From contig NC_073411.1 in assembly GCF_028641065.1 (NCBI RefSeq), positions 10,788,001 through 10,852,000 on the forward strand: a stretch of 64,000 nt of DNA, written 5' to 3'. The notes beneath the pieces are model-generated. The model saw nothing but the letters and a program-made list of their open reading frames with translations. It searched no databases and was not told the origin of the DNA. The stretch's first letter is position 1. Every line of letters starts with the position of its first letter. Shown here piece after piece: positions 59,001 to 64,000 of the stretch. Both the position numbers and the translations under genes were made by a program. Origin of the DNA: Leucoraja erinacea. Lineage: Eukaryota.

Positions 59001-61695
59001 GTACGTCTTTGGAGTGTGGGAGGAAACCGAAGATCTCGGAGAAAAGCCGCGCAGGTCACGGGTAGAATGTACAAACTCCGCCCGTGGTCAGGATCGAACC
59101 AGGAACTCGGGGGCTATAAGGCAGCAACCGTGCCATCGAAGTCATTGGCTCTTCACACCACAGGTCATTAATCCTCTGTCTGCAATGTGTGCAGATAATG
59201 GAGGGGCTACCACACAGCTCCAAGATCGCAGGTTCAATCCTGACCACTGGTGCTATCTATGTGGAGTTGGAAAGTCCAGTCAGGGTAATTGGCGCCACCT
59301 TGTGTTGGGACTAATTCTAACGCTCTGCTCCCCAACAGATGGTGATGCCCCAGTTTCTTAAAGTCATGCCCCTGTACGTGAATTGCCTGCGGAAGAGTAA
59401 AGTGCTGCTTGAAGGGGCAGATGCACCCATTGATGAGAGAGCATACCTCAGGCATGTGGTCATGTCCATGGATATTGCAGAGACCAATGCCTTCTTCTAC
59501 CCTTGCCTCTTGCCAATAGTAAGTATCGCCACACACCTTGCCTGCTTTGAACACAGAGGCTGAAGATCGACACCACATGCAGGAGTAACTCAGCAGGTCA
59601 GCCAGCATCTGCGGAGAAAAAGGATGGATGGGGGATGTTTCGAGTCGGGACCATTCTCCAGACCCGAAACGTCACCCATCCTTTTTGCCCAGATTTGCTG
59701 CTGACTTACTCCTGTACGTTGTGTTAAGTTCAAGTTCAAGTGAGTTTATTGTCATGTGTCCCTGATAGGAGAATGAAATTCCTGCTTTGCTTCAGCACAC
59801 AGAACATAGTAGGCATTTACTACAAAACAGATCAGTGTGTCCATATACCATAATATAAATATATACACACATGAATAAATGAACCGATAAAGTGCAAATA
59901 ACAGATAATGGGTTATTAATAATCAGAGTTTTGTCCAAGCCAGGTTTAATAGCCTGATGGCTGTGGGGAAGTAGCTATTCCTGAACCTGGTTGTTGCAGT
60001 TTTCAGGCTCCTGTACCTTCTACCTGAAGGTAGCAGGGAGATGAATGTGTGGCCAGGATGGTGTGGGTCTTTGATGATGCTGCCAGCCTTTTTGAAGCAG
60101 TGACTGCGATAGATCCCCTCGATGGAAGGAAGGTCTTTGTGTCTATCTTTGGTATAAACCAGTTTGTTGTTTCTCCATCTTGTACGGAGGCTGGCAGTGT
60201 CACTTGGTCATTTCACAGTGAATGCACCTATTTTCTATGTGTCTATGTTTCTCTCTCTCTGTACACCTGGACTGTAGCACGATCTGAATGGGAGCCAGGT
60301 GTCGCTGCCTCGAGCTGTGCGATGTTCACGCAGGTGGCTGTCGGCCAGGGGCGTCTACCTGCTGGAGGATGGTCTCCGCTTGCTGCTGTGGATTGGGATG
60401 GACACCCCCACTGAGTGGATCCAGGATGTATTTGGCGTGCCCTCCTTCAGCGAGGTCAACTGCGGAGTGGTCAGTACCATCTCTTTAGACTTTAGACACA
60501 CAGCGCGGAAACAGGCCCTTCGGCCCATACCAACCAGCGATCCCCGCACACTAACACTATCCTACACACCAAGGACAATTTACAATTTTACCAAAGCCAA
60601 TTAAACTACAAACCTGTACGTCTTCAGTGTGTGTGAGGAAAAAGCCCCATGCAGGTCACGGGTAGAACGTGCAAACTCCGTACAGACATCAGCAGTAGTC
60701 CTAATAGACGGCGTATCTCTGACGCTGTAAGGCAGCAACTCTACCGCTGCACCACCTGTTCACAAGAGGCTCAACGGACAGGACCTTCCCCTGGGAGTGG
60801 AAGTTATCAGACCATTCTTCACACTCCAACCACGTACAGGTCCGTAGGCTAATTGTCTTGGTAAAAGTGTAACTTGTCCCTAGTGTGTGGGGTAGTGTTA
60901 ATGTGTGGGGATCGCTGGTCGGCAGGCAATTAAAAACTAAAACTGAATGTGTTGGTGCAGTCAATGGCCTTTTGGGGTGGCGGCAGGGTTGGTTGGGGGG
61001 AGGGAAGGCAGCGCATCTTCAAGGAAATGTTGGCCTCAGCTGTGCCCCATCGCTGTGTTTCAGGGTTCTCTCCCAGTGCTGGCCAACGCACTCTCCCGGC
61101 AAATCCGAAACGTCATGGCCAGGGTGCGTAAGGAGAGGCCGAGATTCCTCAAGGCAAGTTTATCGTCAGTCTGACCCGACCCTCAACGTCACCTATCCTC
61201 TGCATCCTCCATAGATGCTGCCTGACCCACTGAGTTACTCCAGCACTTTGTGCCTAACTTTATTACCTGCTCTTGGATAGTACACCATGAGATGTTTAAG
61301 AAGGAACTAAAGACGCTGGAAAAATCGGTAGACAAAAATGCTGGAGAAACTCAGCGGGTGAGGCAGCATCTATGGAGCGAAGGAATATTGATACACTGGA
61401 GATGTGGGGGTTTTGGTGGGAATAGGAGATGTGTTTGGGGGGGGAGGGACAGGTCAGAGGAGAGAAGAACGGGCACCTTGAAACCTTGCTCCTTTAGACA
61501 TTATAGAGAAGCAGAATCGCCCGGACTAACACACACTCTCGCTTGCCCTTCCAGTTGCTCATCGTGAAACAGACGGATGATGCAGAGAGACAGTTCCTGC
61601 AGTATCTGGTCGAAGACAAGAATCCCAGTGGGGGAGCATCATATGCAGACTTCCTCTCTCATATCCACGTCTCCATCCAACGATCTCTCCAATAG
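34894..61695 (+). CDS. COPII coat subunit SEC24C/D-like (divergent), 20 coding exons, about 914 aa after correcting one frameshift
   Basis: Twenty exons with splice consensus and matching phases, except for one frameshift in exon 16. Motifs: [26 protein letters not shown], zinc finger CxxC...CPFC, HRPELSLGSYEF, FMIDVSYN, RVGFLTY, GQRRLRIHN, gelsolin-like segment, LVEDK...SYADFL. Domain order matches the SEC24C/D subfamily. Confidence 0.9.
36110..36490. repeat. Two adjacent tandem arrays: ~30 bp x4 and 41 bp x5.5
   Basis: CAGTCACTCAGGGCTGGTGGGCTGGCAGCT, then CATTTCAAGCAGAGTGCAGGCCACCACATTCAATTTCATAG. Confidence 0.85.
37327..37506 (+). CDS. SEC24-like exon 2 (Pro/Ser/Gln-rich N-terminus)
   Basis: cctAG|AT TAC...GAC A|GTaagt; open frame DYDGASTAPYSSSGLP...QPD. 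Confidence 0.65.
38455..38631. other. Assembly gap (177 N)
   Basis: Run of n in SEC24-like intron 2; could hide an exon. Confidence 0.99.
39098..39192 (+). CDS. SEC24-like exon 3
   Basis: ctcAG|GT TCT...GAA CCT|GTaagt; ends HSDPATAAEP, the position of LDPDxIPSP in SEC24C/D. Confidence 0.7.
41670..41985 (+). mobile_element. Penelope-like element 3' end (ORF C-terminus plus terminal repeat with hammerhead motif)
   Basis: EQHLIFHLGSLHPSGMNID (PLE C-terminal signature), followed by the terminal repeat that recurs throughout the window. Confidence 0.8.
41852..41885 (+). ncRNA. Putative minimal type I hammerhead ribozyme
   Basis: GGT-CTGAAGA-A-GGGTC(TC)GACCC-GAA-ACGT-C-ACC: CUGANGA core, stem II, GAAA, palindromic ACGU helix III, GUC cleavage triplet, stem I GGU/ACC. 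Confidence 0.65.
42012..42123 (+). CDS. SEC24-like exon 4
   Basis: [39 protein letters not shown]/GT. Confidence 0.9.
43195..43322 (+). CDS. SEC24-like exon 5
   Basis: [45 protein letters not shown]/GT. Confidence 0.9.
43390..43671. mobile_element. Truncated related Harbinger-type MITE
   Basis: Right end GTACAGTGGGACGGGCCCT resembles the 46.7-kb TIR; CpG-rich interior; left TIR not found. Confidence 0.55.
44370..45030 (-). mobile_element. CR1-clade LINE 3' fragment
   Basis: Degenerate RT C-terminus (FTQRVVNLWNTLPQKAVEA) and the same 3' tail. Other fragments at ~38700-39010 (+), 41027-41310 (+), 25310-25445 (-) and 63380-63625 (-). Confidence 0.8.
45185..45630 (-). mobile_element. Penelope-like retroelement fragment (GIY-YIG endonuclease region)
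   Basis: ORF VPLVLTFHP...PGTFPCNRKRCNTC...FTCTSSNLIYCIRCSRCQQIYIGETKRRLGDRFAEHLRSV has the CxxxxC..C linker plus GIY-YIG typical of PLEs. Confidence 0.9.
45856..45994 (+). CDS. SEC24-like exon 6 (zinc finger)
   Basis: APVHLVDCGESDPIQCEKCAAYMCSMMQFLDNGHTFQCPFCDRISP; AG/GT. Confidence 0.9.
46145..46716. mobile_element. PIF/Harbinger-type MITE
   Basis: 28-bp TIRs AGGGGCTGTCCCACTTGGGCGACCTAAT / ATTAGGTCGCCCAAGTGGGACAGGCCCT (1 mismatch) flanked by a TTA/TTA target-site duplication; no ORF. Confidence 0.85.
46883..46998 (+). CDS. SEC24-like exon 7
   Basis: VPDNYFHPIDYTGKRADRLHRPELSLGSYEFVLPEQQSK; AG/GT. Confidence 0.9.
48080..48204 (+). CDS. SEC24-like exon 8 (start of trunk domain)
   Basis: SGRVPGSVGFIFMIDVSYNAVRSGLLHLVCGQLKKVVHNLP; AG/GT. 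Confidence 0.9.
48315..48348 (+). ncRNA. Putative minimal hammerhead ribozyme (second intact-core copy)
   Basis: GT-CTGAAGAAGGGTCTCGACCCGAAACGTC-AC. Confidence 0.55.
49525..49716 (+). CDS. SEC24-like exon 9
   Basis: [34 protein letters not shown]...DGFLVNVKDSAALIN; AG/GT. Confidence 0.9.
49805..50390 (+). mobile_element. HE1-type SINE with a nested CR1 LINE 3' fragment (~50031-50312)
   Basis: SINE head at 49805; body interrupted by an inverted CR1 tail; SINE tail resumes at ~50315. Confidence 0.75.
50542..50635 (+). CDS. SEC24-like exon 10
   Basis: LLDRIPLLFADTPEADVLFGPAIQAGLEALK; AG/GT. Confidence 0.9.
52060..52860 (+). mobile_element. GC/CpG-rich non-coding interspersed repeat (unclassified non-autonomous retroelement)
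   Basis: LINE-like 3' tail GTAAAGCACTTTG...AAGTGCTATATAAATAAA. The internal motif GTGCCTTCCCTCACAGTGA is related to the reverse complement of CACTGTGATGGAAGGCA at ~103, ~29020 and ~40080. Confidence 0.5.
52948..53046 (+). CDS. SEC24-like exon 11
   Basis: AAECFGKLFIFHSSLPTVAVQGTLRNRITGKEQ; AG/GT. Confidence 0.88.
53846..54150 (+). mobile_element. HE1-type SINE (near full length)
   Basis: GGGCGGCACAGTGGCGCAGGGGTAGAGTTGCTGCC...GGGTTCG...TCTCTAAAC. Further copies at ~37651, 38113, 48466, 50688 and 54830 (+) and ~49090, 58866 and 60485 (-). Confidence 0.8.
54271..54441 (+). CDS. SEC24-like exon 12
   Basis: [39 protein letters not shown]...TGGNLYNYSNFK; AG/GT. Confidence 0.9.
54531..54627 (+). 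CDS. SEC24-like exon 13
   Basis: AQEDAEKFQGDIQRNVEKVLGFKAAMNVHTRK; follows an 89-bp intron. Confidence 0.88.
55268..55410 (+). CDS. SEC24-like exon 14 (beta-sandwich)
   Basis: GIRATKYYGSFHMNSSEMELAAIDSDKTLVVEFKHYGRLQEEDGVPIQ; AG/GT. Confidence 0.9.
55460..56405 (-). mobile_element. CR1-clade LINE 3' fragment (RT C-terminus plus 3' UTR)
   Basis: ORF KDIIAIEGVQRRFTRLIP...LGLYSLEFRRMRGYLIEIYKILKGLD...FSTHRVVNLWNSLP, with (TTTCTATG)n tail. Confidence 0.88.
56655..56793 (+). CDS. SEC24-like exon 15
   Basis: FVLLYTTVHGQRRLRIHNVALNCSNQLTDTFRTSQAETLLNYFAKS; AG/GT. Confidence 0.9.
57130..57657 (-). mobile_element. CR1-clade LINE 3' fragment
   Basis: AIEGVQRRFTRLIPRMAGLSY...LEFRRMRG. Confidence 0.85.
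57787..57910 (+). CDS. SEC24-like exon 16 (apparent frameshift in a C-run)
   Basis: AYHRVLSHSSKTVRDELVNQVTRMLA, then a shift at GCCCCTGC (57861-57868) into CYRKHCAQASAHGGQ|GTgaga. Confidence 0.8.
58036..58497 (-). mobile_element. CR1-clade LINE 3' fragment
   Basis: AGLSYEERLKRLGLYSLEFRRMRG...RVVNLWNSLPQRAVEA. Confidence 0.85.
59339..59518 (+). CDS. SEC24-like exon 17 (helical domain)
   Basis: MVMPQFLKVMPLYVNCLRKS...DERAYLRH...FFYPCLLPI; AG/GT. Confidence 0.9.
60278..60469 (+). CDS. SEC24-like exon 18 (gelsolin-like repeat)
   Basis: HDLNGSQVSLPRAVRCSRRWLSARGVYLLEDGLRLLLWIG...WIQDVFGVPSFSEVNCGV; AG/GT. Confidence 0.88.
61064..61153 (+). CDS. SEC24-like exon 19
   Basis: GSLPVLANALSRQIRNVMARVRKERPRFLK; donor AAG|GCAAGT (GC-AG intron). 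Confidence 0.85.
61555..61695 (+). CDS. SEC24-like last exon with stop codon
   Basis: LLIVKQTDDAERQFLQYLVEDKNPSGGASYADFLSHIHVSIQRSLQ*; branch-point-like GACTAAC upstream. Confidence 0.9.
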   Translation: MLIVKQTDDAERQFLQYLVEDKNPSGGASYADFLSHIHVSIQRSLQ

Positions 61696-61782
61696 CCCCC
61701 ACCCACCCAACCTCAACCCTGTGTCCTCTCTTGCCTCCTTTTTAAAAAAAAATCTAAAATAATTTATTCAATTGTTATAAAA

Positions 61783-61788
61783 AATAAA
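61783..61788 (+). terminator. Polyadenylation signal of the SEC24-like gene
   Basis: AATAAA about 90 nt after the stop, followed by GT-rich sequence. Confidence 0.55.
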
Positions 61789-62020
61789 CAGTGTATGTAC
61801 GTGACTGTACATGGTGTGTACATGTATGTGTGCAAGCATATAAATGCCAGCACCTTCACGTGTGTATGTACTGCGTGTATGTTTACATGGCTTTACATTC
61901 ATGTATGCACATACGTGTGTTCACATGCGTGTATATTTGTTCACGTATGTGCGAGTATCTTTACATGTGCACAGGAGAGCACCAGTAATTAGGGAATTAG
62001 GCCTCTGGGCAATTAGGGTA

Positions 62021-62343
62021 GGGCACTAGTAAATGGGCATTTAGAGTAGGGCACCAGTAAATGGGCATTTAGAGTAGGGCACTAGTAAATGGGCATTTAG
62101 AGTAGGGCACTAGTAAATGGGCATTTAGAGGAGGGCACCAGTAAATGGGCATTTAGAGGAGGGCACTAGTAAATAGGCATTTAGTGTAGGGCACTAGTAA
62201 ATGGGCATTTAGAGGAGGGCACTAGTAAATAGGCATTTAGTGTAGGGCACTAGTAAATGGGCATTTAGAGTAGGGCACTAGTAAATAGGCATTTAGAGTA
62301 GGGCACCAGTAAATGGGCATTTAGAGTAGGGCACTAGTAAATG
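62021..62343. repeat. 28-bp tandem repeat, ~11.5 copies
   Basis: (GGGCACTAGTAAATGGGCATTTAGAGTA)n, built from two related 14-mers. Confidence 0.9.
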
Positions 62344-64000
62344 AGCAATAAGTGGAGGGCTGGGAGAAAGGGAGAGTGTGGGTTTTCTCCGGGTGCTCCG
62401 GTTTCCACACAACAGTGGTTTTATTGTCAAATGTGCAAAATGAAAATGTGTGAAAAGACGTGAGGGTTTGTAGTATAATTGGCCTCTATAAAATGCCCCT
62501 AATGTGTGGGGAGTGGATGAGAAAGTGGACTAACATGGAACTAGTGTGAGCTGGGTGATGGATGGATGGCCGGCGTGGACACCGTCCTGCTTCCATGCTG
62601 TGTCTCTAAACTCTAAGAATGCAGATCTAGGCCGTCTGAAGTTCCATAAGTTGGGAGTAGAATTAGGCCATTCGGCCCATCAAGTCCACTCCACAGTTCA
62701 ATCATGACTGCTCCATCTTCCCCTCTCTCAACCCCATTCTCTTGCCTTCTCCCCGTAACCCCTGACACCCGTACTAATCAAAAATCAATCAATCTCTGCC
62801 TTGAATCTATCAATCTCTTGGCCTCCACAGCCGTCAGTGGCAATGAATTCCACAGATTCACCACCCTCTGACATCCGATGTACCTTTACTTCCTGTTTTC
62901 CCGTTACTTCCAGCGTTCTTCGCTTTAATTCTGCGTCCGCGTTGTTTCCTCGCCGGCTAAATCCATCAGGTCCAAGGATGGGCGTTGCTGCCGACTGTTA
63001 TCCTGGGCTCTCCCTCCCTCTCTGGAGCAGAAGGCTTGCGGGCTGACTCTGGCCTGGGTCTTGTCACCGCTTTTGTGGAGAGTGCGGTGGATAATATTCA
63101 TTCTATTAAAAGACAGGAAGCTTTGACCGCACCCCTTCAATAAAAGTATAATGTATAGAGTCATACAGCATGGAAATAGGCCATTCGGCCCAACTTGCAC
63201 AGACCTACAAAATAATGGGTGAAATACTAACTTTGAATCTGAGAATCAAACTTTGATAAATTGCTGTTCAGGAATCCTGATGGTTTGTCATTTGGCTCAA
63301 ATTGGCTCAACAGACCATTCGGCCCAACTGCTCCATGCTGACCAGGGGCCCGCATTTGGCCAACAATCTCACTAAACATATAGAAACATAGAAAATTAGG
63401 TGCAGGAGTAGGCCATTCGGCCCTTCGAGCCTGCACCGCCATTCAATATGATCATGGCTGATCATCCAACTCAGTATCCCGTACCTGCCTTCTCTCCATA
63501 CCCCCTGATCCCCTTAGCCACAAGGGCCCACATCTAACTCCCTCTTAAATATAGCCAATGAACTGGCCTCAACTACCCTCTGTGGCAGAGAGTTCCAGAG
63601 ATTCACCACTCTCTGTGTGAAAAAAACTTTTTTATCCATGTACCTGTCCAAATGTCTTTCAAAATGGCGTTTTAGTTCCTGCCTCAACTACCTCCTCTGG
63701 CACCTCATTCCACACACCCACCACTCTCTGATGCCCATCAGGCATTAAATCTTTCTCCTGCCACCTTAAATCTGTCCTCTGGGTTAAAGACTCAAATCAC
63801 CAATTTGTGGTCGACACTCCCACCCAATGGCGAACTGCTGTAATTGCAGGCGGTCCCAGTTTGCCACTCAATCCAATTCCCTGCATCCCACATCTTCGAG
63901 TCTCCATTCATCTTCATTCCCCCCTGAAAACAACATCTTTCAGTCTTTCGTGCAACAGAAAAAAACAATTTACTTCTCCAGCAACCCGGGCAGAAGCTGT

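Noticed and set aside
62021-62343. CRISPR-like appearance of the 28-bp repeats (also the arrays at 36.1-36.5 kb)
   Set aside because: The repeats are contiguous with no unique spacers, there are no cas genes, and the context is eukaryotic.

Overview
Eukaryotic, intron-rich vertebrate DNA. The repeat content (HE1/V-SINE-type tRNA SINEs, CR1-type LINEs, Penelope remnants) points to a cartilaginous fish, probably a skate or ray (inference). Four protein-coding genes were reconstructed by hand from splice sites and reading phase. (1) DDX56, minus strand: coding exons 2-5 are present, exon 1 was not found, and the gene continues off the left edge. (2) A 3-exon, 412-aa Myb/SANT-like (Harbinger-derived, NAIF1/MSANTD-like) gene, minus strand, with its own CpG-rich promoter; a putative decayed Harbinger transposase lies convergently downstream of it. 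(3) NUDT18, minus strand, 3 coding exons, 321 aa. (4) A divergent SEC24C/D-subfamily COPII gene, plus strand, 20 coding exons, about 914 aa, with one frameshift in a C-run, one GC-AG intron, and substitutions in two known cargo-binding motifs. The introns are full of SINEs, LINE fragments, Harbinger-type MITEs, and Penelope-derived repeats that carry minimal hammerhead-ribozyme cores, often as inverted pairs. About 0.6-1.2 kb and 4.6-14.2 kb look like poorly polished assembly, and there is a 177-N gap. Most ORFs in the supplied track are spurious. All homology calls were made by eye; no searches were run.
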